DNA of 64,000 nt from Selaginella moellendorffii (Eukaryota; Plantae; Lycopodiophyta): the NCBI RefSeq assembly GCF_000143415.4, contig NW_003314402.1:135804-199803 (forward strand), in the 5' to 3' direction. Positions 11,070-23,394 of the stretch are shown here, piece by piece (the stretch's first letter is position 1; every line of letters begins with the position of its first letter). The position numbers and the translations under genes were made by a program. Under the pieces are notes generated by a model that saw nothing but the letters and a program-made list of their open reading frames with translations, ran no database searches and was not told where the DNA came from.

Positions 11070-11477
11070 TAGCCATCCTCCGATCCAGAGAACTTTCCTT
11101 TCATTGTTCTTGGCAACAGGGTTGATGTCGATGGAGAGAACAGTAGAGTGGTGAGCTCTTTTGTTTCATCTCTTGCCTCACTTTAAAGCTTGTGTGTCCA
11201 GGTTTCCGAGAAGAAAGCCAAGGCCTGGTGTGCTTCCAAGGGAAACATTCTATACTTTGAGGCGTCTGCCAAGGAAGACTACAACCTGGAGGCTGCGTTT
11301 CAATGCATTGCCAAGAATGCCTTGAGGAGCGAACCCGAGGAAGACTTGTAACTTTTGCTTGTTTCTTCTTGTGATGTTTCAAGCTCACATTTAACTTCTG
11401 GCAGCAGCTATCTTCCAGAGACAATGGACATTACAAATAACAACAGATGGCCAAGATCGTCTGGCTGCGAGTGCTGA
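11070..11477 (+). pseudogene. RABG3: Rab7/RabG3 small GTPase 3' fragment with two introns
   Basis: [24 protein letters not shown]|[49 protein letters not shown]|YLPETMD...SSGCEC* (CXC prenylation end). G1-G3 motifs are absent and NKxD reads NRVD. Confidence 0.85.
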
Positions 11478-11864
11478 TCTACTACTACTGTCCCTCTATC
11501 GATGAGTGTTTTCGCTTTCATTTTATATGTTTTTTTAATTTCTTTTTATTTTTACTCTCTCCTTTCGATCGTTGGCCTTGGATTTTTTCCCTTCTCAATT
11601 TTTTTTTCTTTTTGCTACGAAATAATTTTTCTTCTTCGATCTTGTATCTATTTACTACTAGTAGTGTGCAAATTCTTGTGTTTGTGTATTATTAAATTTT
11701 CTTCGTTTCTAATGGATTGCTAGTTGACGATAATTGTGTCACAACATGCCTAGTTTTTCTGGATTCCACAAGTCTGGGTTGAAAATAAGCAAAGGCTGTG
11801 ATTGACACAAGAGTTTCCAATCCTTGGCAGTGATGCAACTTCGAAGCTGTGTAACCCTTTCATT

Positions 11865-11945
11865 GTCTTATTCAGCCACCAACTTCATTGTCCAAAAGTA
11901 TGGGGAATGTGGCAATGTGGATGGCTTGCACAAACCAAACCAATC
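11865..11945 (+). pseudogene. Short PPR relic
   Basis: Reads ATNFIVQKYGECGNVDGLHKPNQ; related to 4850-4875 and 5450-5480. Confidence 0.5.
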
Positions 11946-12213
11946 AGGATCGAGAGAGATCGCGCTACATTGATCTCGAAAGTGCATATTCTTAATATTG
12001 TTATGTTTTCCATATTTTACCATTTATTCTATACACAAGGTTTTAAAATACTAGTAATATCGATTTGTAAGAAAAAAAAAGAAACTGTTTCTTCTCCAAA
12101 CGCTGCTGACGCTGTGAAATCTCTGTTTTCGTTTTTTGATGTCCTGCTTGTGATGCAAAATAGTCGCAGATCTTCAAGAACCCAATCAACGTCCACGGAA
12201 GGAGCAAGGTTTA

Positions 12214-15200
12214 TTAGGCGCCGAAACTTATCTGGAGATCCGGCCGTTCCACAAGCCAAGGTGGAACTTTCGTACCTTTTGGGCACCATAGGAATTTGAG
12301 CCTTGGAAATAAGTGATTGTCTGAACTCAATTGGGGCCACACTACATCATCATGATCAGAGAGCACAAGTTCCTCCAATCCTGGAAGGGATGCAATGGAT
12401 GATGGAATATCTTCGATCCCAGACAAGCGCACACGTCTTAAAAGAGTCATTTGGTCTGTTGGCTCAAAGAAATCATTGGGGAGCTTACAGCGCAAAGATA
12501 ATGTGAACCGTTTCACCTTCAGCTGTGATCTCTCGGTTGGCATCAAGAGTCTCCTCATGTAACTTTTTATATCAACATCCAGTGTATCAAGGTCTTTGGG
12601 GAGTTGTGTCACAAAGAGAGGCAAATGCTCCCATGCATTATCAGGAGCCAGATTGAATGTTAAACTTTTCAGGTTTGGAAGACTTGCTGCCAAATCGTCC
12701 TTGAACTCGGACTGTGCAATGTGCAGATTTCGAAGCTCCAGACGTTCGAGGCATGGGAACGATCCATCCAGACTGAAGAACTGGATACCAATGCAGTCTA
12801 GGAGAAGTTCTCGTAGCCGTTGAAAGCCCTTTACCCAACACAAGTCTTTCATTGTCTCATTCTTTCTGATCCATAAAATTTGTAACTGTGACCATTCAAG
12901 GCTTTCGGCATTGTTTTCACCATCTCGTACCCCGTCAATGGAAAAGCTCCAAAGCTGTTTGGAATTCTTAAACATTCGCTTCCAGTCAAGTTTGATAGTC
13001 GATTGCACGCTAATGTCACATCGTCTTAGATTGACAAGTTGCCACAGGCTGGTGAAATCACCAAAGTCCATGCTCTTTGCACGCCACACCAGTGTCTCAA
13101 TGCCCTCTAGTGCACCAAGGCTGTGAGGTATTTTTATTGTTGCACCATAGAGGTTTAGCTTTAAATGTCTTAGCTTGTGTAAGATTGAAATTCCACTCAA
13201 ATCCACAGCTAACTCCTCAAAGGAATCAAGCTCCAGCTCTTCCAAGTTGAATAATTGAGGCAGTAATGCAAAGTTGAATTTTCTGATGTCATTGCATTTC
13301 AAAACCTTCAGTGATGTCAAGCTGAAGAGCGCATCTGGTAATATTGTCACACTTGAATATAGAAGGTCAAGCACTTGAAGGTTTCTCAGCTTGGATATGC
13401 TCTCTGCAATAAAACGGACCAAATTAACGCATCTATTCAAGCTCAATACCTTGACGTTTTGGATGTGATCTATATCCACACCAGAAATTACATTACATCC
13501 ATCGAGAAGCAAGACATCTCGCACATGAATGTCAGACAAAAGGCTGCTTGTAACCTTCTTTCCAATGAATGAAACTTTAGAAAATGTTGGAGAAATCCCA
13601 GGTGGACAATCATAGCCAAACAGGCATCCCTTCTCATGCTCTTCCTGGGGTGGGTACTTCCCTTTCAAGATTCTTATGCACAGCTTGCGTACCATATCGT
13701 GCACAGTTACATACTTATACCATGGAGAACCAGTTGTCTTCACTAGGCATCTTCGTTTCAGTTCACTAACAATCTGCAGAGGCGGGAGTTCTGACCCAAC
13801 CGCTATCCAACATTTTCTCAGATCATCAAACTGGATTCGCTCATCTTCTGGAAACGCAGCCACATAGAGAAAGCATTCTTGCAGCTTTTCATCCTTATTA
13901 AAGCGTCCCAGCTCGTCATAGCTAAACTTCAAGGGCCGGAACATCCGCTTCTCAATGTCCCCGTCATTCAACAAATGCATCTTCTGATAGCGTTCTTCCC
14001 ACACCTGTGGCCCCTTATTCCTGTAGACAGCCATGGCACTGCCAATCACTTCAAGAGCTAAAGGGAGCCCCTCACATTTGCTAGCTATTCTCTCGGCAAC
14101 TTTCACAATGTCCGGATCACTAGGTAGTGAATCACGAAAGGCAAACTTCCAAAACATCTTTTCGCTCTCGGCCTTTGATAGCATACACACACGAAATGTT
14201 TTTGCACCCAGCATGCTCAAAATGCCTTTCTTTCTGGTTGTTACCAGCACCCGGCTGTAAGAGGACGGCCCTGCTGTAAAATCCAGTCCCTTGGTCAAGC
14301 TCATTTCCCACACATCATCCAGTATCAACAAGACATGGTTGCCACGAGCAACATTTTGTGCCATCTGTTGCACATGCTCAATGGTGCCTGCATTTTGGGC
14401 CCTCTCCTTCATGTCGCCCCATTCAAGAGCGTTGAGGAGCTGGGCCCTGAGATCATCCTCCGATGCATCTTTCTTGACAGTAATCCACACAATGTTGTCA
14501 TGGAAATGCTGCCGGACCCTCTGGTCATTGTGCACGAAGCTTGCAAGGGTGGTCTTGCCACACCCTCCCATTCCCAGGAGTCCAAACCATTTCCCCGGGG
14601 CTTGTGGATCCAGGAGGGCATTCACCACCTCATCCACCTGCTCCCCATGGCGGCCAAACATGTCGTTGGCCTCGGGAACACCACGCGGTACATAGTTTAC
14701 GAGACCTCTGTCTTGTGGACAACTCCGTACGGAAAAGCTGGTGCTCGACTGTATCACTCTCAACTCTTCTCGCTCGTACCTTTCAATCTGCGGGAGGAGA
14801 TCGTCCTCGCAAGTGCGTACCAGCTCCAAAATCGCGCCAGATCGCTTCTCCCTGCGCGATAGATCCATCTTTTAGCTTCATTGCTTCAAACATGAATTCG
14901 AATAAGCCTTACTGTGATCCAAGCAGCGCTTGCGCCTTCTCAGTCCATTCAGTCAGTTCAGTCAGCCACGCCTCAGCCTCACCAGAGTAGCGGAAATCTG
15001 GATTCCTGTGCTTGGGAGCATTAAACTTGTCAAGCGTGGCCTGGATTCTGGATGCCCTCTTCTTTAGCTCCTGCCATTTCTACACACAGCTGCCTGCCAT
15101 TTCTACACACACACACACACAAAAGATAAAATGCTACTGTACCGACCGCTTTATGGGGCTCCAGATCCTGTTGTGGCGTGATCGCAAGAGTGCTTGTGCC

Positions 15201-15419
15201 GTGGTGTTCCATTTCCTGACACGCTCCAAGCATTTCTCGGCCGCTTCAGAGAACATAAAGCCAGGTCCATTTCGCTCCTTGTGGCGATCGAAAGCGTTGA
15301 TCTTGGCCTGGATGTGGTGCGCCTTGTTCTCCAGCGTTTCAATGTTGGCATTGCAGTCTCTTAGCAGGGCCCAGAGCCAAGCCACACAAGACGCCTGTCA
15401 AGGAGCCCACAACCTCCAT
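12214..15419 (-). pseudogene. NLR copy 2: NB-ARC-LRR exon open (12214-14851) but N-terminal exons disrupted
   Basis: 884-aa ORF with all NB-ARC motifs. Exon 1 has an 8-nt deletion near 15358 (gcagtc^tcttagc vs gcagtcccatatcttcttagc). A ~130-nt deletion near 15072 removes the intron-1 acceptor and the 5' half of exon 2. Confidence 0.75.
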
Positions 15420-15613
15420 GCCTGTAGACCTACAAGTAAAGGTCGTCTCCCAGAACTCTTGGCCTTGGTACCCCCTCTTAAAATGAACAGTAATTCTCAG
15501 AGGGGTATAAGCTGTTACAAGTGACTTGAGTTTAATTGGAGTTGATTGCTTGCAGTAGAGCGCGTAGTAGAGGGCCTCGTGCAGCACCCTCCCTCTTGCA
15601 ATGCCAGCTGTGG

Positions 15614-15675
15614 CTCTCTCTCTCTCTCTCTCTCTCCTCGTGCAGCACCCTCCCTCTCTCTCTCACTCTCTCTCA
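15614..15675. repeat. (CT)n/(GA)n microsatellite upstream of NLR ATG (also ~4794-4816, 5295-5317, 23211-23233, 35860-35880, 52953-52975)
   Basis: Direct dinucleotide runs of variable length. Confidence 0.9.
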
Positions 15676-15849
15676 TTGCTCCGACAAGCATGCTCCGACA
15701 TTGTAAGTTTCTCCAGGAGAGGTAACTTTTGTCGCTTTGTTTTAGTTGCACACAGATAGGACGCGTTCCAGCTGACTGGGCCACGTGTTTGATTGCTTTG
15801 GGTCAGGAAAGCGTACTCTGGGTCATTCTTCACTATTTTTGAGACTAGA

Positions 15850-16697
15850 ATTTTTGGTTTATTTTGTAATGGAAAACAATATACTTTTGAACTTGCCAAG
15901 CTTGTATATATTATATAATATATGAGGAAAAAGAAGTGAAATACACTGTAAATGCATAAAAAAATAACAACTATTAATAAAGTAATATAATAACAAATTA
16001 ATATAAGTAGTTTTATTTTTTTCCACTCAAATTTAGCAAATACTTGCAAGAATTTTCTAAGCTTAATATAACAATTTTAAAAAAATTAGTGGAATTACTT
16101 CTTGAATTTAAGTTTTCTCTTGCTAACATGAAGTAATTCTATAAGAATGAAAACTATATTTATCAGTTGCCAAATGCCTACAAAATTAAAACTGAATAAA
16201 CCTTAAAGTACATTGTTGAGCAGAGTGTGAAATTTAGACAATTGATTATATCTAAAGAGGCTTGGTCCATAAATACTTGGGACTACACCACTATGACATT
16301 AAAAAATTAAAATGTAATTAAAACCATAACTATTATATAAAAATTTATATGCAACACTATATCTGAATTGTGAATAAAATTATATGAACAAAATTGGCAA
16401 ACATCAGTTTCAAAACTATATAGGTATCAGTAAATTATATAGAAAAGTATATGTACATTTATTCTCAAAATACAACTCAATCATATGCAAAACTATACAA
16501 AAAACCATTCATTATGATTGCCAAATAGAGCATCTATCATGATGAAAACTATGTACAAAACCATTAGTAATTAAGAAACCAATCATGAAACCATTAAAGT
16601 CACATATGGTTTAACACAACCATCTTGTTTTGGTACTAGTTATAGTAAAAAACCATATTGATGAGCGTGTTGTGGTTGTAATGCTGGGCAACACTAT
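15850..16697. repeat. AT-rich block, internally deleted copy
   Basis: Retains both ends (matches ~36060-36100 and ~27460-28292). Confidence 0.6.
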
Positions 16698-16698
16698 G

Positions 16699-18755
16699 CG
16701 ACACTCCGGGTTTTAGAAATAGGAAGAGGCTCCAGCTTAAGGCTCCGACCCCAGCGTTGGTAAATCGTCGACGACAGGGAGTTCTAGATCTACGGTGACA
16801 ACATAGGCCCCTGCGGCAAAATGTTCCATCGGCAGTGGATCGCCAAAAACTCCTGCAAAAGCTGAGGCTTCTAGGACAGCAAAACTTGCCGAGGTGAGCA
16901 ATGATAGTGGAGCAGAGGATTCATATGATTCGGGAGTAGAAAGTGGAGCAATCGATGGTGGAGAAGAAGAGGTAAACAAGATCATGACTGGAGGAGGAAA
17001 CAATGCCGAGGTGGAAAGAACAACAGTGGTGGAGAGCTCCATTGAGACTGTCAGGAAACATGGCGAGGCTGTTTCTAGCGCCTTAGCTGGACTTTCAATC
17101 AGAGGTAGTGCCTTGACCCACGGTAATCCCGTTAAGATGGAAGATGGTTGTGGTTCCGTGAAAGCTGAAGCTTCGGCTTCGATCGCAGCTGGATGTGATC
17201 CTATGAAAGTAGATGGGTTGGTGAAGATGGAAGCTGGTTTTGAGTCTGCAAGAGTCGAAGCTCCGGTTGGCTCAGTGAAGATGGAACCTGGTAATGATCC
17301 TGTGAAAGTTGAAACTCCATTCGGGGGTGGTAAAGCTGCCCATTTGTCTGAAGCGCAGTTGGTTCCAATAGAAAATGACACGGCTAAAGCTGCAGAGAAG
17401 CAACCGGTTGTTTTAGATGCAGAGAGGTGGTGGCTTCTCCAAGAGACTGAAGTTGCCGGGTACTCGACGTCCAGGGGATGCCGGATTCGTGTTGGCGAGT
17501 TCGTGTCCTTCAATTTTCCCAAGCCTGAAGCCGAAAGTAAGAAGAAGTTCTTTGAGCACAAGAAGGTTCGGCCGAAAGCGAGCTCCGACATTGTAAGGTT
17601 CTTGACAAAAGCTTCAGGAGAGGTACGTTTCACTTGACTTGTTTCTTCGTTTTAATTCTAACCATTTGCTCACAGAGAGGACGGCTTCCAGCCGACTGGT
17701 GATACCTTTGGGAAGTGCAAAATGGCACCAGAGGCTCTTTCTCTTATGAACAGCATAGTTCTCCATTTTTCTGTGTTTACCAGAGACGTTACGTATATGA
17801 TGTGCTTGCAGAGTTTATATCAACAAGTCAGAAGCCTTACGAAGAGGGGGATGAGCGCGGATTGAAGCTTCTGCAAGCTATCTTGAAGCCGTTAATGCTT
17901 CGAAGAACAAAAGATTCAACTGATAAAGAAGGAAGGTAAGCATTTTTTCCTTTGCACCGTGCCTTGTCTTGTATTCACTCACAAGTTGGATTCACAGACC
18001 AATCTTGTTCTCCAACCGGCTCAATATGAAGTTATTGTATCCATATCCATAGCTATCATGCAGGCGTTCCTGTACGAAATAGGAACTCATAACTGTACCA
18101 ACAAGTAATCGGTTTCGAATAAATGTCGAGGAGCAGTGGAAGGAGTCGTCCAAAGTCGAGGCTCTGCTGCACCACCTCCAGACGTTAAGTGAGGCCGAGT
18201 CGAAAAGCGTTGTTTTTAGTCAGTGGACAGCGTTTCTCGACTTGTTAGAGATACCATTGAAAAGGTACGAGCGTCTTTCCTTTTGGTGCTTTCTCTTTGT
18301 TTGTGTTTCTAACAATGCACTGCCAGGACGAACTTCTGTTTCGTCCGCTTGGACGGAACACACTCGCAGCGTCAGCGAGAACAAGTGCTCAAAAACTTCA
18401 GCAATATTCCAGCCGTGGCCGTAAGCTTTTTGTGTTGCTTACCTCCAAGAAACCACTCTATTTTGTGGACAGGTCATGCTCATGCTTTTCATGGTATGTG
18501 CTATAGTTTTCTTTTTTAGCCATCTTCCGAGTCGAGCATCGGTCAGACGAAGAACGTATCGATCAAGCGATTCATCGTCAAAGTAAGTGCCACTTGAAAC
18601 TCTCTTTGACGTTTCTCATGTCTCTAGAGCAGGACTCGGTGGAGGAGAGAATGCAACAGGTCCAAGCGAGGAAGCAGCGATTGATCGCGGGGGCTCTCAC
18701 AGACGAAGAGGTGCGAAGCGCTCGAATCGAGGAGCTCAAAATGCTATTTAGATGA
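16699..18755 (+). pseudogene. RAD5: RAD5-like pseudogene B
   Basis: Paralog of A; HIRAN exon open (16894-17637); RING region deleted. Confidence 0.85.
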
Positions 18756-18869
18756 GAAGAACTGGAGTCCTTAGCAACTTATATCAGTGTACATAGTTAA
18801 AGAGGGGAATATGCTTCTAGCATCGGCGCGTATATTCTTCTGATAGTTCAATGTAGGTTTCTTCGCGGC

Positions 18870-19415
18870 TACGGCGGACAGCAGGCGATCGCGTCGCAAG
18901 CGGCGACGAGCAAGGTATGCATGCTAGGATCGCCTCGAGAAGCAGCAGCAGCGCCAGCGCCGGCGCCGCGCCGCGATTTCGCTGGCCTAGAGAGCCGGAG
19001 TAGCCGATCTAGATTCATGCAAGCATATCATCTCTAGGAAATTGAGCTGAACGCTGAGGCTTTGCAGGCGATCGCGTCGATTCCTCTCGTCTCCGCGGCC
19101 GGGGCGGCTAGAAAGCCGGGGCGCATTCTAGAGTTTCGGGGTTTCTGGGGCGATCAGTCATGTAGCGGGTAGAGCCGTTGGTGCGGCTTTTGAGGAGTCC
19201 AAACAGAGGCTCCATAATCTAGATGCTTTGGAAGGAGAAGGCGTGACGACCTCTCTAGATCTTGAGGAGCTACAAATTGACGGTCACCGTCGTGAGGGTA
19301 AAGCTCCACAGTTTTACAAGGTTTGTGCTTGCTTTTTTTCTTTCTCTATTTTCATGTGTTTGTATCTCTGGTTACAGCCGAAGGAGAACCGTTTCAGGAC
19401 CTCTGAAGAACTAAA
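18870..19415 (+). pseudogene. URT1-like fragment, internally deleted
   Basis: Paralog of 8666-10745 with a ~1.5-kb deletion at ~19170. Confidence 0.65.
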
Positions 19416-19676
19416 GGTATGCATATGCATATTCTTAATATTGTTATGTTTTCCATGTTTTACCATTTACTCTATACACCAGATTTTAAAATACTCAAAA
19501 CCACGAGAGTAAAGTAATATCCTGAGAATACGATTTGTAAGAAAAACAGAAACTGTGTCTTCTCCAAACGCTGCTGACGGCTTGGAAATCTCTGTTTTTG
19601 TTTTTTGAGTGATGCAAAATAGTGTAGCATTTGCGCAGATCGAGAACCCAATCGATGTCCACTGAAGGAGCAAGGT

Positions 19677-22600
19677 TTAATCCCAGAATGTTATCTGGAG
19701 ATCCGGCCGCTCCTCAAGCCATGGTGGAACTTTCGTAGCTTTTTGGCAGCGTAGGACTTTGAGCCTGGGAAATAAGCCAAGGCCGTGATTGTCTGAACTC
19801 AATTGGGGCCACACTACATCATCATGACCAGAGAGCACAAGTTCCTCCAATCCTGGAAGGGATGCAATGGATGATGGAATATTTTCGATCCTATTCAAGG
19901 TTACATCTCTTAGAGCAGTCATTTGGTATGTTGGCTCAAAGAAATCATTGGGGAGCTGCCTCATACAGCCCGTCCGCAAAGATAATGCGAACCCTTTCAC
20001 CTTCAGCTGTGATCTCTCGGTTGGCATCAAGAGTCTCCTCATGTAACCTTCTACTCTCAGTCCATCAAGGTCTTTGGGGAGTTGTGTCACAAAGAGAGGC
20101 AAATGCTCCCATGTATTATCAGGAGCCAGATAGAATCTTAACCACTTCAGGTTTGGAAGACTTGCTGCCAAATCATCCTTGAACTTCGACTGTGCAATGC
20201 GCAGATTTCGAAGCTCCAGATGTTTGAGGCATGGGAACGATCCATCCAGACTGAAGAACTGGATACCACTGCGGTCTAGTTGAAGTTCTCGTAGCCGTTG
20301 AAAGACCTTTAGCCAAGACAGGTCTTTCATTGTCTCATTGTTTATGATCGTTAAAAGTTGTAGCTGTGGCCATTCAAGGCTTTCGGCATTGTTTTCACCG
20401 TCTTGTACCCCGTCAATGGAAAAGCTCCAAAGCTGTTTGGAATTCTTAAACATTCGCTTCCAGTCAAGTTTGATAGTCGATTGCACACTAATGTCACATC
20501 GTCTTAGATTGACAAGTTGCCACAGGTCGGTGAAATCACCAAAGTCCATGCTCTTTGCCCGCAACTCCAGTGTCTCCATGGCCACTAGTGCACCAAGGCT
20601 GTGAGGTATTTTTATTGTTGCACCATAGAGGTCTAGCTTTAAATGTCTTAGCTTGTGTAGGCTTGAAATTCCACTCAAATTCACAGCTAACTCCTTACCG
20701 GAATGAAGCTCCAGCTCTTCCAAGTTGAATAATTGGGGCAGTAATGCAAAGTTGAATTTTGTGGTATTATCGCATTTCAAAACCTTCAGTGATGTCAAGC
20801 TGAAGAGCGCATCTGGTAATATTGTCACACTTGAATATAGAAGGTCAAGCACTTGAAGGTTTCTCAGCTTGGATATGCTCTCTGGAATAAAACGGACCTG
20901 ATCAGAGCAGTGAAGCAAGCTCAATACCTTGACATTTTGGATGTGATCTATAATAAGACTGACATCCACACCAGAAATTCCATAACATCCATCGAGAAGC
21001 AAGACATCTCGCACATGAATGTCAGACAAAAAGCTGCTTGTAACCTTCTTTCTGATGAATGAAACTTTAGAAAATGTTGGAGAAATCCCAGGTGGACAAT
21101 CATAGCCAAACAGGCATCCCTTCTCGTGCTCTTCCTGGGGTGGGTACTTCCCTTTCAAGATTCTTATGCACAGCTTGCGTACCATATCGTGCACAGTTAC
21201 ATACTTACCCCATCGATCATCAGTTGTCTTCACTAGGCATCTTCGTTCCAGTTCACTAACAATCTGCAGAGGCGAGAGTTCTGACCCAACCGCTATCAAA
21301 CATTTTCTCAGATCATCAAAGTCGATTGGCCAATCTTCTGGAAACGCAGCCACATAGAGAAAGCACTCTTGCAGCTTTTCATCCTTATTAGACAGCTCGT
21401 CATAGCTAAACTTCAAGGGCTGGAACATCCGCTTCTCAATGTCCCCGTCATCCAACAAATGCATCTTCTGATAGCGTTCTTCCCACACCTGCGGCCTGTC
21501 ATGCCTGTAGTCAGCCATGGCACTGCCAATCACTTCAAGAGCTAAAGGGAGCCCCTCACATTTGCTAGCTATTCTCTCGGCAACTTTCACAATGTCCGGA
21601 TCACTAGGTAGTGAATCATAAAAGGCAAACTTCCAAAACATCTTTTTGCTCTCGTCCTCTGATAGCTCATGCACAGGAAGTTCCTTTGCACCCAGCATGC
21701 TCAAAATGCCTTTCTTTCTGCTTGTTACCAGCACCCGGCTGTAAGAGGACGGCCCTGCTGTAAAATCCAGTCCCTTGGCCCAGCTCATTTCCCACACATC
21801 ATCCAGTATCAGCAAGACACGAATTCCACGAGCAACATTTTGTGCCAAGTGCTGCACATGCTCAAGGGTGCCTGCATTTTGGGCCCTCTCTCTCATGCCG
21901 CCCCAGTCAAGAGCGTTGAGGAGCTGGGCCCTGAGATCATCCTCCGATGCATCTTTCTTGACAGTGATCCATACAATGTTGTCATGGAAATGCTGCCGGA
22001 CCCTCTGGTCATTGTTCACGAATTTTGCAAGGGTGGTCTTGCCACACCCTCCCATTCCCAGGAGTCCAAACCATTTCCCCGGGGCTTGTGGATCCAGGAG
22101 GGCATTCACCACCTCATCCACCTGCTCCCCATGGCGGCCAAACATGTCGCTGGGCTCGGGAACACCATGCCGTACATAGTTTACGAGACCTCTGTCTTGT
22201 GGACAACTCCGTACGGAAAAGCTGGTGCTCCGCTGTATCACTCTCAACTCTTCTCGCTCGTACCTTTCAATGTGCGGGAGGAGATCGTTCTCGCAAGTGC
22301 GTACCAGCTCCGAAATCGTGCCAGATCGCTTCTCCCTGCGCGAAAGATCCATCTTTTAGCTTCATTGCTTCAAACATGAATTCGAATAAGCCTTACTGTG
22401 ATCCAAGCAGCGCTTGCGCCTTCTCAGTCCATTCAGTCAGTTCAGTCAGCCACGCCTCAGCCTCACCAGAGTAGCGGAAATCTGGATTCCTGTGCTTGGG
22501 AGCATTAAACTTGTCAAGCGTGGGCTGGGTTCTGGATGCCCTCTTCTGTAGGTCCTCAATGTGGACATTCAGCTCATGCTCGTGACCTTGGATGTGCGAC

Positions 22601-23016
22601 AGGAGATCGTCGTAGGCACTTAAGGACTTCGCGATGTCGTTACTCCGCTTGTACCTATAGGAAGTGGAGAAGTTCAACCAGCTGCCTGCCATTTCTACAC
22701 ACACACACACACAAAAGATAAAATGCTACTGTACCCACCGCTTTATGGGGCTCCAGATCCTGTTGTGGCGTGATCCCAAGAGTGCTTGTGCCGTGGTGTT
22801 CCATTTCCTGACACGCTCCAAGCATTTCTCGGCCGCTTCAGAGAACGTGAAGCCAGGATTCTGCTGCTTGTGAACACTGAAAGCTTCGATCTTGTCCTGG
22901 ATGTGGGGCGCCTTGTTCTCCAGCGTGTCAATGTTGGCATTGCAGTCCCATATCTTCTTAGCAGGGCCCAGAGCCAAGCCACACAAGACGCCTGTCAAGG
23001 AGCCCACAACCTCCAT
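19677..23016 (-). CDS. NLR copy 3: tandem-CC-NB-ARC-LRR, exons 23016-22739, 22654-22397, 22335-19677, ~1064 aa, apparently intact
   Basis: Same motifs and splice sites as copy 1; all three exon frames are open. Confidence 0.9.
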
Positions 23017-23236
23017 GCTTGTAGCCCTACAAGTAAAGGTCGTCTCCCAGAACTCTTGGCCTTGGTACCCCCTCTTAAAATGAACAGTAATTTTCAGAGA
23101 GGTATAAGCTGTTACAAGTGACTTCAGTTTAATTAGAGTTGATTGCTTGCAGTAGAGCGAGTAGTAGAGGGCCTCGTGCAGCACCCTCCCTCTTGCAATG
23201 CCAGCTGTGGCTCTCTCTCTCTCTCTCTCTCTCATT

Positions 23237-23347
23237 GCTCCGACATTGTAAGTTTCTCCAGGAGAGGTAACTTTTGTCGCTTTGTTTTAGTTGCACACAG
23301 ATAGGACGCCTTCCAGCTGACTGGGCCACGTGTTTGATTGCTTTGGG
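23237..23347 (+). pseudogene. Older diverged RAD5 HIRAN exon-intron-exon relic in the NLR upstream region (also 15692-15803, 35898-36008, 52979-53089)
   Basis: gctccgacattgtaag...caggagag|gta...cacag|ataggacgccttccagctgactgggccacgtgtttgattgctttggg aligns with 28989-29130 (SDIV..GE|IGRLPADW). Confidence 0.75.
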
Positions 23348-23394
23348 TCAGGAAAGCGTACTCTGGGTCATTCTTCACTATTTTTGAGACTAGA

